Source: an archaeon
Lineage (GTDB): Archaea > EX4484-52 > WAPT01
DNA length: 64,000 nucleotides
Direction of reading: 5' to 3'
NCBI GenBank assembly: GCA_029258795.1
Contig: JAPDKB010000008.1
Coordinates: 75,920 to 139,919, forward strand
Positions 39,164 to 49,007 of this stretch are shown here, in pieces; the stretch's first letter is position 1, and each line of letters begins with the position of its first letter. A program made the translations under genes and the position numbers. The notes beneath the pieces are model-generated. The model searched no databases, was not told the DNA's origin, and saw nothing but the letters and a program-made list of their open reading frames with translations.

Positions 39164-39685
39164 TTAAAGAATGTTGAATTTAAAAAGAACAACAATAATT
39201 AAAAAAATTAAATTGAATAACATAAAGTAATTTTCTGAAATTCCTTTAATATTTTTGTCTTTAATTCTTTGCATCCATTTCTTTGAGTTTTCAGATTTAA
39301 TGAATAAATTGTCTGGGATAAAAATTCCCAAACCTTCCTTTTTCTTTATCTTCAAAAATAGAGCAAAAGGATAAGTTTCAAAGACACATAAATAATCTAA
39401 GAAAATATGACTCGCATATGGAATTAAAACTAATATAAAGAAAATCTTATCTATCATACCAAGAATAAACGAAAGAAGTAAGCCAATTATAATCAAACCA
39501 AATGGCTCTTGAATCCATGTTCTTCTATGATACCATGGAGCTTTTTTGTTGAATTTATGATCATAATCTATTAAGATGCCAAATATTAAAGAAAACAAAA
39601 TTGTGAGCAGTATATTGACTGAACTGAATGGAATAAGTAGTAAGCATACACCAATAGCAAAAATGAAATGGTTTAGCCAATTCAT
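39164..39685 (-). CDS. Membrane protein, possibly a DUF457/YdjM-like metal-dependent hydrolase
   Basis: Four or five TM helices with a DYDH motif. Extremely AT-rich. Confidence 0.45.
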   Translation of the reverse strand: MNWLNHFIFAIGVCLLLIPFSSVNILLTILFSLIFGILIDYDHKFNKKAPWYHRRTWIQEPFGLIIIGLLLSFILGMIDKIFFILVLIPYASHIFLDYLCVFETYPFALFLKIKKKEGLGIFIPDNLFIKSENSKKWMQRIKDKNIKGISENYFMLFNLIFLIIVVLFKFNIL

Positions 39686-40030
39686 TAAACATTAGTAAAT
39701 TTGGATATTATAAACATTTAGTGCCCATCGGCTGACTTCTCCGAATTGCTTCACAATTCTCGACCGCTTCAAGTATTCGTGGGGACTTAACAGCAATTTA
39801 ACGGAAAATCCCACTTTTTTATAAAGAAGTCCTGTTTCTATATAGCCTTGCAGGAATTTTCCCAAATTTCCCACGCTTCGCTTCGGTGCTAACGCACTCG
39901 GACAACAGGTGGATATGTGGTTCGCTTCGCTCACACAAATTTGCTCACTTCGTTGGATTTTTCCCAAGTTCGCCTTTAATGAACTTCATAAAACGAAATA
40001 GCCATACCAACGATAAGATTACAGAATTGC

Positions 40031-40357
40031 CTAGTCCTTCACCAGAATTTCTATCTCCTTCCCTTCAATAATGTCCACAACATCGTTGCAGAAAGGACAT
40101 CTTATGAAGTGAACGTGAGCAGGGATGTCCACCTCTCCTTCATACCCGCAAGTCCTGCATCTTATTTTCGGCTTGATTTCGATGAACTCCAGCTTTATTC
40201 TCTCAAGCGCTGTGCCTTTAATCATGCTTTCTATCGCGAACCTCACAAAATCAACATTACCATTCAGCTTGCTGAGCTTGATGTACACTCTATTAGGGAG
40301 CTCTCCCATGTTCAGAAGGGAGTTGTATATTTTCTCCACAGTATCAAACTCATGCAT
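40031..40357 (-). CDS. hypA: Hydrogenase nickel-incorporation protein HypA
   Basis: Starts MHEF; zinc site CRTCGY...CPFCN. Start trimmed to the second Met; the full ORF extends to 40384. Confidence 0.8.
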   Translation of the reverse strand: MHEFDTVEKIYNSLLNMGELPNRVYIKLSKLNGNVDFVRFAIESMIKGTALERIKLEFIEIKPKIRCRTCGYEGEVDIPAHVHFIRCPFCNDVVDIIEGKEIEILVKD

Positions 40358-40416
40358 AGTATCAATTATTATTCTCCATTGCATTATAAAAACTTTTATT
40401 CATAGGGAAATATAGC

Positions 40417-40818
40417 ATGAAGAAAAAAGAAAAAAACAGGAGCTCAATTCTCGTGCTGTGTGTGTATGCCTACGGTGTTGCAAGTGTCGTGTTCCCTTTG
40501 TTTGGAGGGATAGTACTCCTTCCAGTGTTCAATTATTTTTCAGTTGCGTTGCCCTTCCTAAAACACATGGCACAGCTATGGGCGTTTGTCGCGGGGCTCA
40601 ACGCTTCAGCACTTTATCTGGCGAGAGAAGGCTATACCGAGCTAGCAAGAAAAATTTTCAATTTTGCAACGATTGCCGGCATAGTTACTTTTGCTGCTTT
40701 CGGCATAGCACCGTTCTTATCCATACTTGCATCAAGCCACGTCAGCTTTTATGAGAAAGTGGTGCGCCATGAAAAGAAGCGTGATCATGTGCATAGGAAA
40801 CGAGTTAAGAGGAGATGA
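40417..40818 (+). CDS. Small membrane protein (hypothetical)
   Basis: Three TM helices. Its 3' end overlaps the hycI start. Confidence 0.35.
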   Translation: MKKKEKNRSSILVLCVYAYGVASVVFPLFGGIVLLPVFNYFSVALPFLKHMAQLWAFVAGLNASALYLAREGYTELARKIFNFATIAGIVTFAAFGIAPFLSILASSHVSFYEKVVRHEKKRDHVHRKRVKRR

Positions 40819-41194
40819 TGGCGTAGCTCTTCTGTTTTACGACATGCTGAAGAGAGATGAAGAGGTAAGCGGGATTGCAGATGTGGTTAAGATTGGTTCA
40901 GCGCTAACAATCAAACCAGCAGAAAATGCTGAGAAAATCATTGTGATTGATGCTGTGGATTTTGGTGGAGAGGTGGGAGAGGTGAAGGTGTTAGAGCTGG
41001 ATGATTTGGATGAGGTAGCGGGCTTCACCCACAAACCCTCCCTAAGGATAATGTTGGGCTCGTTGAACACGAGAGATGTGTATATAGTAGGGATTCAGCC
41101 GAAGAATTTAGGGATTGGAGAGGAAATAAGTGAGGAATGTCTGAGCGCTTATGATAAGGTAAGGAGTGTCATCCTCCAAATTCTTTCATCCTGA
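40769..41194 (+). CDS. hycI: Hydrogenase maturation endopeptidase (HycI/HybD family)
   Basis: CIGNELRGDDGVAL. Start trimmed to MKRSVIMCIGN; the full ORF starts at 40727. Confidence 0.8.
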   Translation: MKRSVIMCIGNELRGDDGVALLFYDMLKRDEEVSGIADVVKIGSALTIKPAENAEKIIVIDAVDFGGEVGEVKVLELDDLDEVAGFTHKPSLRIMLGSLNTRDVYIVGIQPKNLGIGEEISEECLSAYDKVRSVILQILSS

Positions 41195-41506
41195 CGCGTA
41201 TTTTTTTCTGAGTTCCTCGATCATGGATACAAGGGGCTTCACGTCCTCCATGACCTCGGGGTGTGTGTTCTCAAGCTCCTTCAGCGCGTTTTCGTAAACC
41301 ATCCGCGGGAGCTCGCCATCTCTCTTCATCTCCATTAGATAGGAGGCGTAGCTCCTCACAGCGTACATGAACTCGCGCAAACTCTCAACTCTTATCTCAT
41401 CCACCAGCGGCATCCAGGCCTCAAGCACAAAATTGTTGAGTTCTGCAAGCGTTATCAGCTTCCTTATCGTTCTCCTATCCTCTTCACTTACCTTCAGCTT
41501 TACCAC
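41186..41506 (-). CDS. Hypothetical protein at the distal end of the Mbh operon
   Basis: 106-aa ORF overlapping mbhN by 23 nt. Confidence 0.45.
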   Translation of the reverse strand: MVKLKVSEEDRRTIRKLITLAELNNFVLEAWMPLVDEIRVESLREFMYAVRSYASYLMEMKRDGELPRMVYENALKELENTHPEVMEDVKPLVSMIEELRKKYASG

Positions 41507-41858
41507 CTCCTGCCTTGAAATGCACCACCCTCGGCATCTCGGTTAATCTGGGGTGCACCATACTGAAGTGTTTTGTGAGGTGGATTGCATTTGCCTTTAT
41601 CACCTCGCTGCACACTTCTTGGCATGCTCCACAATATATGCATTTTTTCATATCATAGCTCCAGCTTTTGTTGGGCTCGACCTTTATTGCTCCTGTGGGA
41701 CATACGCGCTGGCATGCTCCACAATATATGCATTTTTCAGGTAGATGGTAGAGCTTGCCCCTGAACCCATCCGGCACCCTAGCTCCTTCGTAAGGATAAA
41801 GCCGGGTGGCATATTTCCTGAGCATTGAAGTGAAAACGTGCCTGAAGAGTTTAAACAT
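41484..41858 (-). CDS. mbhN: Mbh 2x[4Fe-4S] ferredoxin subunit (NuoI/MbhN-like)
   Basis: Two CIYCGACQxVCP motifs. Confidence 0.85.
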   Translation of the reverse strand: MFKLFRHVFTSMLRKYATRLYPYEGARVPDGFRGKLYHLPEKCIYCGACQRVCPTGAIKVEPNKSWSYDMKKCIYCGACQEVCSEVIKANAIHLTKHFSMVHPRLTEMPRVVHFKAGGGKAEGK

Positions 41859-42723
41859 AAACCCTCACCAAAATGACCATTGCTACTAATATTGTCAGGA
41901 GTGCATATATTTTTAGCGTGTTCTTTATCCTCGTTCTTGCGAGAGATGCCCTCACTGCAGAAAGGAAAAGAACAATTGCTATGGATGCGAGTAAAAATTG
42001 AAGAAAGGGGAGGGGTCCGTTGAGATATAGTAAGATGAAGAGAGATATGAGAGTGTAGAGCTTCAGATAGGTCACCATCTCCGTAATTGCGTAAGGCACA
42101 GAGGAGAATTCTGTTGCGTATCCAGTCACTATCTCCTGATGCGCGTTAGGAATGTTGAAGGGCTGAAGGTTGAGCTGTGGAAGGATGGTGAGGAGGTACA
42201 CCACACCCAAAAACGGAAACACAGTGATCAGATTTTCGTTGATAGCTAAAGGAATGGTCATATCCCTTGCCACATAATATGCTGGCCAGAGTGTTGTAAG
42301 GAGAAACGCCCCTTCAAAAGACAGGAATTGTACAAGAGCCCGCATCCCTCCTATCTCGCTGAACGCGCTAAAGCTACCCAACCCCGCAAAGGTAACGAAA
42401 AGGTAAGCTGCAGAGAGGAGCAGCACAACAAGTATGATATTTGTTTGTGCGGAATAAATGCTGTTTTTGAAGGGCACCACCATCAAACATGCAAGCGCTG
42501 CTGACAATAAAGCAAAACTCAGCCAGATTTCGTGGTTTGATGCCCTGTAGGACAGGTTTTCCTTTCCCATCAGCTTTATCAGGTCATATAACGGCTGGAG
42601 GAGTGGTGGGCCCTTTCGATTCTGCATCCTCGCAACGAGCTTTCTGTGCAGTCCAAACAAAAACGTGCTGTACAATAAGGCAAAGAGCAGGTAAAGTAAA
42701 GCGCTTGCAACCTCAGCGAGCAT
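41851..42723 (-). CDS. mbhM: Mbh membrane subunit (NuoH/MbhM-like)
   Basis: RKLVARMQNRKGP matches the NuoH signature. Confidence 0.85.
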   Translation of the reverse strand: MLAEVASALLYLLFALLYSTFLFGLHRKLVARMQNRKGPPLLQPLYDLIKLMGKENLSYRASNHEIWLSFALLSAALACLMVVPFKNSIYSAQTNIILVVLLLSAAYLFVTFAGLGSFSAFSEIGGMRALVQFLSFEGAFLLTTLWPAYYVARDMTIPLAINENLITVFPFLGVVYLLTILPQLNLQPFNIPNAHQEIVTGYATEFSSVPYAITEMVTYLKLYTLISLFILLYLNGPLPFLQFLLASIAIVLFLSAVRASLARTRIKNTLKIYALLTILVAMVILVRVYV

Positions 42724-44350
42724 CCTTACTCAACCTCCTGAGATCATCCATGGTCAGCACATCCTTGCTATCACGCCTGACATCAACAACCATCACTCTC
42801 TCGCAGCACGAAAAGCAGGGATCTATGGAAGCTATTATTACGGGCACGTCCGCAAGGTGCTGGTTTTTAAGCATGAAGGACAACAACTGAAAGTTTGTAA
42901 GGGTGGGGGTTCTCACCTTTATCCTGTGGGGTTTATCAGTACCATTACCCTTAATGTAGTAGAAGAGCTCACCTCTCGGAGCCTCCGTCCTGTTTGTCTG
43001 CTCCACATCCTCCAAGCGGAAGGCGGGGAGGGGTTTTTCCTTTATCTTTCCCTCCGGCATGCTGGATGCTGCTTCCTCAATTATCCTTGTGCTCTCCACA
43101 ATCTCCTTTATTCTCACAAGAGTTGAGGAAAGCACATCACAACCTTTCTCAACAACAACACTCCAGCTTATGGAGTCATAAGCGGCATATCCATCGGACC
43201 TGACATCAAATTTTATGCCGCATGCTCTCATGTTGGGTCCTGTCGCAAATCTTTCCGCAACCAGTTTGCTTATCTTTCCCACATTCTCCATTCTGCTCAG
43301 CAAGCTTTTGTCCGAGCTGAAAATGTTGAGGTAGTGTTCTGCTCTATTTCTTATCTTGCGAGCTGTCTCCCTCAACCTTTTCAACTGCTCTTTGTTCACA
43401 TCTCTCCTCACACCACCTATCGTGCTCATTCCGTAATTTATCCTGTTACCGCTTATCTCCTCCAATCTGTCCAGCACCATCTCCCTATCCCTAAAAATGT
43501 AATTGAAGAGAGTGTCCTGCCCCATCTCGTATGCAAATATGCCCAGCCATAACATGTGGGAGTGGATTCTTTCGAGCTCAAGAACCAATGTTCTTATATA
43601 TTCTGCTCTCTCCGGAGCTTGAATTCCTGCAGCCCTCTCCAGACAAGCAGTATAGCATACGGTGTGGACGCCACTACATATCCCGCATATTCTCTCTATG
43701 AGAAATATGTCCTGGAGGTAGTTCTTCTGTTCCGCAAGTTTCTCTATGCCTCTGTGCACATAGCCCAGATTGATTTTGGCGTTGAGCACAACCTCATCCT
43801 CCACTTCCAGAACAAAGTTCTCTGGCTCGAGCAGTGCTGGATGCTGCGGTCCTATTGGAATCAGGCAGGATGTTCTGGAACTCTTTGAGGTTATGATCTC
43901 GTGCTCATCCTTCTTTTCCACCTTTTTCTCGTGGAAAGGGGATTTCACATCGTGGAGTAGGAGACCTTCCTTTTCTTTGGATGTTCTTGTGTCCACCATC
44001 CTTATTCCAAACATCTCAGCAAACTCTCTCTCAAAAGCATCAGCTTCCGGAAAATAATTTGTTATTGAGTTCATGCTTTCCGGCTTTTCCTCCATCCTGC
44101 ATTTCAGCGTCAGTATGCAGTAGGGATTTGAGAAGTGGTAGAGAAGGATAAAGCTTCCATCATTCTCAAAATATCCGTTTACAGCCACAGCCCTGAACTC
44201 ATCCTCTCTTCCCGCAAGCGTTTTTATCATCCTTTCCATCTTCTCCGGCTTGACCTCCACGATCATGTCCCTCCCATCGTCTTTCAGCACTGAGCCATTT
44301 CTCTTCAACCATCTTAACAATGCCTGTTTGTTAAACGTCCTGAGCTTCAT
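42713..44350 (-). CDS. mbhL: [NiFe] hydrogenase catalytic subunit, fused NuoC-NuoD type (MbhK-MbhL/HycE-like)
   Basis: N-terminal 30-kDa (NuoC) domain. RICGICS and C-terminal DPCFSCCER Ni-ligand CxxC pairs. Confidence 0.9.
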   Translation of the reverse strand: MKLRTFNKQALLRWLKRNGSVLKDDGRDMIVEVKPEKMERMIKTLAGREDEFRAVAVNGYFENDGSFILLYHFSNPYCILTLKCRMEEKPESMNSITNYFPEADAFEREFAEMFGIRMVDTRTSKEKEGLLLHDVKSPFHEKKVEKKDEHEIITSKSSRTSCLIPIGPQHPALLEPENFVLEVEDEVVLNAKINLGYVHRGIEKLAEQKNYLQDIFLIERICGICSGVHTVCYTACLERAAGIQAPERAEYIRTLVLELERIHSHMLWLGIFAYEMGQDTLFNYIFRDREMVLDRLEEISGNRINYGMSTIGGVRRDVNKEQLKRLRETARKIRNRAEHYLNIFSSDKSLLSRMENVGKISKLVAERFATGPNMRACGIKFDVRSDGYAAYDSISWSVVVEKGCDVLSSTLVRIKEIVESTRIIEEAASSMPEGKIKEKPLPAFRLEDVEQTNRTEAPRGELFYYIKGNGTDKPHRIKVRTPTLTNFQLLSFMLKNQHLADVPVIIASIDPCFSCCERVMVVDVRRDSKDVLTMDDLRRLSKDAR

Positions 44351-44351
44351 A

Positions 44352-45029
44352 TCAACACCCTTTTATTATCGTGCCGACAGGATGATTATCCACAACCCTC
44401 AAGAGATTGTTAACGTCCTTTCCGTTGAATATGATTAGAGGGATGTTGTGTTTTTCCAGCAAATCTATGGCTGAAAGGTCGAAAAGTGCGTATTTGCCTG
44501 GGGATTGCTCCTCCTTGCTAAGTATTTTCCTCATCTCATCGTAAGTTGCCTCTCGCAGAAGCTCAGCACCCTCTTCCTCTGGATTTTTTGTGTACAGTCC
44601 ATCAACCTTGGTCGCGTTGAGCACGACATCAGCATCAAGCATGGTTGCAATGTCTGCAGCCACCTTATCTGTGCTCTGCCCGGGCTTCATACCACCACAT
44701 ACCACAAACCCCGTCTGTTTTGCCGCTTCCACGACCTCCTCACAGCTTTCAGGCACTCTTGAACTCAAGTTCAGCAGCATGGAAAGCAGGAGAGCGTTCA
44801 CTCTCGTTACCGCTATCCCCATTATATCCTGTTTTTCCTCATCAAGCCCGCAGTTCCTTGCCATTTCTATGTAATCTCTCGCATAACTCCCGCCTCCAGC
44901 CACCGCAACAAGCACCTCCACCTTATTTTTCAGGGTGGAAAGCGCTTCAGCATATTTTTTGAACATGCTTCCATCCTTTTCCATCAACAAAAGTCCACCG
45001 CTTATCGACACCACCACTCTCCCCCACAT
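44352..45029 (-). CDS. pyrH: Uridylate kinase (archaeal type) embedded in the Mbh operon
   Basis: VAVAGGGSYAR, GIAVTRVNA, VVCGGMKPGQSTD and VDGLYTKNP. Start trimmed to Met42; the full ORF extends to 45152. Confidence 0.85.
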   Translation of the reverse strand: MWGRVVVSISGGLLLMEKDGSMFKKYAEALSTLKNKVEVLVAVAGGGSYARDYIEMARNCGLDEEKQDIMGIAVTRVNALLLSMLLNLSSRVPESCEEVVEAAKQTGFVVCGGMKPGQSTDKVAADIATMLDADVVLNATKVDGLYTKNPEEEGAELLREATYDEMRKILSKEEQSPGKYALFDLSAIDLLEKHNIPLIIFNGKDVNNLLRVVDNHPVGTIIKGC

Positions 45030-45034
45030 CCCTA

Positions 45035-45517
45035 TCACCTGCAGCTTGCATCCCTCATTTTCAATCCATCCTTGTTTGTTTCGAAACGCTTTATCCATAT
45101 TTCGATGGTTTTCATCAATCCGTCTATTATCGCTTCTGGTTTTGGGGGGCATCCATGAACATAAACATCAACGGGGATGTGCTTGTGCACTGGCCCAACG
45201 ATGTTGTAAGATCCATTGAACACGCCGCAGCTTGTGGTGCAGGTGCCCACCGCAAGCACCGCTTTTGGATGGGGCATCTGGTCATAAATTCTTTTGAGGC
45301 GTGGCGCTATCTTTCTGTTCACAGCACCAGTTACAACCAGTATGTCTCCCTGCCTCGGATTGCCCTTCTCCAGCACACCAAATCTCTCAACATCGTATTT
45401 TGCGGAGAGTAGGGTGAATATTTCCACATCACATCCATTACACCCACCAGTATCAAGATGTATTATCCATGGCGATTTCTTTGCGGCTTTCATCACAATC
45501 TTGGCAACGAAATCCAT
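45035..45517 (-). CDS. mbhJ: [NiFe] hydrogenase small subunit (NuoB/MbhJ-like)
   Basis: GGCNGC, GTCTTSCG and GCPPKP. Confidence 0.9.
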   Translation of the reverse strand: MDFVAKIVMKAAKKSPWIIHLDTGGCNGCDVEIFTLLSAKYDVERFGVLEKGNPRQGDILVVTGAVNRKIAPRLKRIYDQMPHPKAVLAVGTCTTSCGVFNGSYNIVGPVHKHIPVDVYVHGCPPKPEAIIDGLMKTIEIWIKRFETNKDGLKMRDASCR

Positions 45518-45801
45518 ACGAGCACCACCATCGTTGCAAGGACAAGCAATATGTATATTATCATCCTGTTCATATTTTCGTTTCCAATCCTTCTATTCTT
45601 TATCACGCTGATTCTGTATGCTCGGTTGTGCACCACCAGTCTTTCCGTCTCTCCGCACAGATACATGGAAGATGCGTCCTCCACAAGATTGGCAGGATTC
45701 TTCCTTCTCTCCATCAGAAAGATTGCCAGAGTAACTATAAATAGACAAATGATTGCCTGCACTCCGATGTTCTCGAGTGGAATAGCAGTTTCATCCATCA
45801 T
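45493..45801 (-). CDS. Small membrane subunit (MbhI-like)
   Basis: Two TM helices. Confidence 0.5.
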   Translation of the reverse strand: MMDETAIPLENIGVQAIICLFIVTLAIFLMERRKNPANLVEDASSMYLCGETERLVVHNRAYRISVIKNRRIGNENMNRMIIYILLVLATMVVLVWISLPRL

Positions 45802-45808
45802 TCACACA

Positions 45809-47227
45809 TCACCCGTAAACCATTAAGGCGTGAGCCATCATTTTTCCTGCGGTGATTAAGGGCTCATACCATATGCCCAGCAGGAACGTGAGCGCGAAAA
45901 AAACGAAGACAATGGAGATGTGTGGGATTTTGTTCTCCACACTCCTTCTGTAATGGAATTCCTTTCTCAGATTGTAAGCGTTGAGGCCGTAAGCTGCTGA
46001 CGCCAGGATAAGTGTGATGCTCAGCAAGAATACTGGAATGGATGCTTGCATAAATCCAATGATGGCAAGATACTTTGATATGAATCCTGAGGTTAGGGGT
46101 ACACCTATACTTGACACCACTCCTGTGGAAAACAGGAGCTCTATGAGCTCCTTAACTATGCCTCCTCGAAGCACGAGGCTTCCGAAGATGAGCGTTTCGA
46201 ATATCATCATGTTGAGCTGGTGTATCATCGCATATACAATTAGTTCTCCGTTCAGCACTGAAGCTGTGAGAAGCATGAGGGCTAAAGCGGCTTGCGCCAC
46301 GCTTCCGTATGCAAGTCCTTCCATAAGATTTTTTGCGCGGAACGCCATCACAATGACAACCAAACCAGTCACACCTGAAAGAACGGTCAGGAAAGTGGAA
46401 AAGATTTTCATGCTCAGGAGATTTAAATCAACCATCAGTTTGGAAAGCAGGTAGAAAGAAATTGTGGGCGATAATGCTCCAAGGAAAAATGCAAAGGGCA
46501 CGTTGGTTGTGCGCATGAGCTTTGTCTTCCACAGGTAGAATGGAAACACTGCCAGCTTGAAAATCATTGCAAGTATGACCATGGCTGATGCGAACAGTGC
46601 TGTGGGAAGCGGGTGGGTGGAAGCGATTCTTATTTCTTGGAGGTTGAGCGTGCCGTAAGCAGTATAGATAATGAACACGCCAAGAAGGAAGAAGGTTGAT
46701 GCTAAGGAAGAGGAGAAAGCGTAATACAAAGCCGATCTGTATCTACCGCGCTCTTTGGAAATCGCTGCAAGTCCGTATGATGCTATGCTCATCACTTCCA
46801 TGTAAACGAATAGGTTGAACAGGTCGTTAGTGTGGAGCATGCCAAAGACGCCTATGAAGAGGAGAATGAACAGCACATGCGCCAAATGAGTTATCCTCTC
46901 GGTTTTTAAGCTCAGAAAAACGATCAGCATGGAAATCGCTGCGAAAAGCAGCAATATGGAGTTGTAGAAATTAACCGCAACCTCAATACCATAAGGAGGG
47001 GGCCACCCACCCACGCTGAGCTCTAGTAGGGGGGAGCTACCAACAATCTCCAGAAATGTGTATGCCACAAGAACAACAACAATCACTGGCACCACTAGAT
47101 TCAGATTCTCTATCCAGCTGGACTTTTTCCTGGCTATCAGGATGAGATTGAGGATTAGGAAGAGCACAAGTACTGCCATCGTTCCAAAACTCGTGATTTC
47201 AAAGCTGCTTGCCCCAAATATTATCAT
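45809..47227 (-). CDS. mbhH: Antiporter-like large subunit (NuoL/M/N, MrpD/MbhH-like)
   Basis: 472 aa, about 14 TM helices, with the NuoL/MrpD family pattern. Confidence 0.85.
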   Translation of the reverse strand: MIIFGASSFEITSFGTMAVLVLFLILNLILIARKKSSWIENLNLVVPVIVVVLVAYTFLEIVGSSPLLELSVGGWPPPYGIEVAVNFYNSILLLFAAISMLIVFLSLKTERITHLAHVLFILLFIGVFGMLHTNDLFNLFVYMEVMSIASYGLAAISKERGRYRSALYYAFSSSLASTFFLLGVFIIYTAYGTLNLQEIRIASTHPLPTALFASAMVILAMIFKLAVFPFYLWKTKLMRTTNVPFAFFLGALSPTISFYLLSKLMVDLNLLSMKIFSTFLTVLSGVTGLVVIVMAFRAKNLMEGLAYGSVAQAALALMLLTASVLNGELIVYAMIHQLNMMIFETLIFGSLVLRGGIVKELIELLFSTGVVSSIGVPLTSGFISKYLAIIGFMQASIPVFLLSITLILASAAYGLNAYNLRKEFHYRRSVENKIPHISIVFVFFALTFLLGIWYEPLITAGKMMAHALMVYG

Positions 47228-47556
47228 CTTTCACCACACTCTACCTTTCTTATGAATAATGCTAACAACACGGCAGTTATGGAAACGTCTATCACGATGG
47301 AAGTGAGTATGAGCGCCTGAGGTAAAGGGTCAACACTCATCTTTGCAAATGTATCGACGGCTGAAGCACTTGACAAAATCGGCGGGAGGGATGATGGGGA
47401 GAAGCCCGCGCTCGCCAGAAAAACATGCGTTCCATTCACCATGATGTTCAGACCCATCACTTTCTTTATCATGCTTTTCTCCACCACCACAACAACCATT
47501 CCTGTTGTGAAGAGCAACATGGCGAGTGTGTGTTCAATCATCTCACATACCTCCAT
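47224..47556 (-). CDS. MrpC/NuoK-like subunit (MbhG)
   Basis: 110 aa with three TM helices and the NuoK-like pattern. Confidence 0.7.
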   Translation of the reverse strand: MEVCEMIEHTLAMLLFTTGMVVVVVEKSMIKKVMGLNIMVNGTHVFLASAGFSPSSLPPILSSASAVDTFAKMSVDPLPQALILTSIVIDVSITAVLLALFIRKVECGER

Positions 47557-47978
47557 AGGATTATAACAAGGGCTGTTGTGACCATCATACTTCCTGCAAA
47601 GTTCATGAGGAGTGTGTATTCCCCGCTCCAGAACGACATGATGTGTTGTGATTGGAGTATTTTCGCTCTGAAAGTTGCGCCAATCAGTAAAATAAGCAGG
47701 ATCACAAAACCTCCGAAAGTTTCGAGGAATGAAAACTCCTTCTCCACAAATATTTCCCTTGCAACATTTTCTCTCATCGTGAGAAAAACCAGCAAAAACG
47801 CCGATGCCATGATGACTCCTCCAGCAAATCCCCCTCCAGGAGATAGGTGGCCGTGCAGCGCTACAGCCAGCCCTACCATCATGATTATGGGAAACATTAT
47901 TCTTGTGGATGCTCTGGCTATTTCATCCATTTTCAACCACCTTTTTCCCTCTGTGCCTTTCTCTATAAAGCAAAGCAA
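47538..47978 (-). CDS. MrpB/MnhB-domain subunit
   Basis: HGHLSPGGGFAGG hallmark. Confidence 0.75.
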   Translation of the reverse strand: MLCFIEKGTEGKRWLKMDEIARASTRIMFPIIMMVGLAVALHGHLSPGGGFAGGVIMASAFLLVFLTMRENVAREIFVEKEFSFLETFGGFVILLILLIGATFRAKILQSQHIMSFWSGEYTLLMNFAGSMMVTTALVIILWRYVR

Positions 47979-48225
47979 GGACTGAGATGGATGCTGCTAT
48001 CAGCACGAGCTCTTCTCCAAGTGTATCATAGCCCCTGAACTCCCAGACTATCGCATTCACGGCATTAGCGGAAGTTAGAAGGTTTATGCTTTTCTCAGCA
48101 TAAAATCTTGCAACATTTCCATACATCGTGGTTGTTGTGCTCATACCTATGAGTATTAGAATGCATGAGATAATGATCAGAGAGGCTGTTGCTGCAATCA
48201 TCTCCACCTTATTCATACCTCTCAC
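47923..48225 (-). CDS. DUF4040/MnhB N-terminal-like subunit (MbhD)
   Basis: NAVNAIVWEFRGYDTLGE hallmark. Confidence 0.7.
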   Translation of the reverse strand: MRGMNKVEMIAATASLIIISCILILIGMSTTTTMYGNVARFYAEKSINLLTSANAVNAIVWEFRGYDTLGEELVLIAASISVLALLYRERHRGKKVVENG

Positions 48226-48448
48226 CGCTCCTCTTTATGGCATAGACAAAGATGGCCGTGGATGCAGCGGCATTTACACTTGCCTGCGTTATTGCAAGAT
48301 CCGGAGCGTTTACCAGATAAAAATACAGCGCAACAACGAAGTTCATCACTCCAAGCACTATCGCTGCTTTCAGCATATCCTTTAGCATTAGGACTCTTAC
48401 GGACAGTATTATGCATATAGTCAATAGCAACACGTGAATGAATGACAT
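48209..48448 (-). CDS. Small Mrp-type membrane subunit
   Basis: 79 aa with two TM helices. Operon context. Confidence 0.5.
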   Translation of the reverse strand: MSFIHVLLLTICIILSVRVLMLKDMLKAAIVLGVMNFVVALYFYLVNAPDLAITQASVNAAASTAIFVYAIKRSGERYE

Positions 48449-48451
48449 GGG

Positions 48452-48751
48452 TCATCTCCTCTTCCCTTTACCTTCAACAACGTGTATTCGGTAGTGGCAT
48501 CTTGCTATGAAGTGTGAGGAAACCGGAACGGTAAGGAAAGTCAGGAGCAGGAGGAACAGCGTTTTCACCCTGAGCTCGTGGGATGGCGCGTAAATGGAAA
48601 ATAGCAGCAGGCTGAGCATGACACCCCCCACATATATCATGGTTGCGGACTGCATCTTCATCATGAAGCTTCTGAATCTGATCACGCCTACTGTGCCCAG
48701 CAGCATGGAGATGGATGGGACGAGGAAAAGGATGTCATACATGGCCACCAT
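48452..48751 (-). CDS. MrpG/MnhG-like subunit (MbhC)
   Basis: 99 aa with a basic C-terminal tail. Confidence 0.6.
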   Translation of the reverse strand: MVAMYDILFLVPSISMLLGTVGVIRFRSFMMKMQSATMIYVGGVMLSLLLFSIYAPSHELRVKTLFLLLLTFLTVPVSSHFIARCHYRIHVVEGKGKRR

Positions 48752-48758
48752 CTATTCG

Positions 48759-49007
48759 TCACCCCCTAACGACGTATTTTGTTATGGCTATCGTGCCGAT
48801 GAATGAAAGCAAAATCATGACTATACTTATGTCAAGATAGTATGCTGTTTCCCTCGAAAAAGCCATTATCACCAAATAGATGGAGATCAGTGCTACTGTA
48901 AGATCAGTGTACATCATCAGCTCGTAAAGTTTTCTCGAGGTTAGCAGCTTCACAAACACCATTATACTGGTTAACAGGAGCACGTAAGTGTAAAGCATGG
49001 TCACCAC
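48759..49007 (-). CDS. MrpF/MnhF-like subunit (MbhB)
   Basis: 82 aa with three TM helices. Confidence 0.6.
   Translation of the reverse strand: MVTMLYTYVLLLTSIMVFVKLLTSRKLYELMMYTDLTVALISIYLVIMAFSRETAYYLDISIVMILLSFIGTIAITKYVVRG

Noticed and set aside
39692-39967. 91-aa ORF in the AT-rich islet
   Set aside because: The translation is low-complexity and lacks coding periodicity. The region is better treated as non-coding or structured sequence.
45030-45152. 41-codon N-terminal extension of the uridylate kinase ORF
   Set aside because: The extension would overlap the small-subunit gene, and the kinase-family N-terminus begins at Met42.
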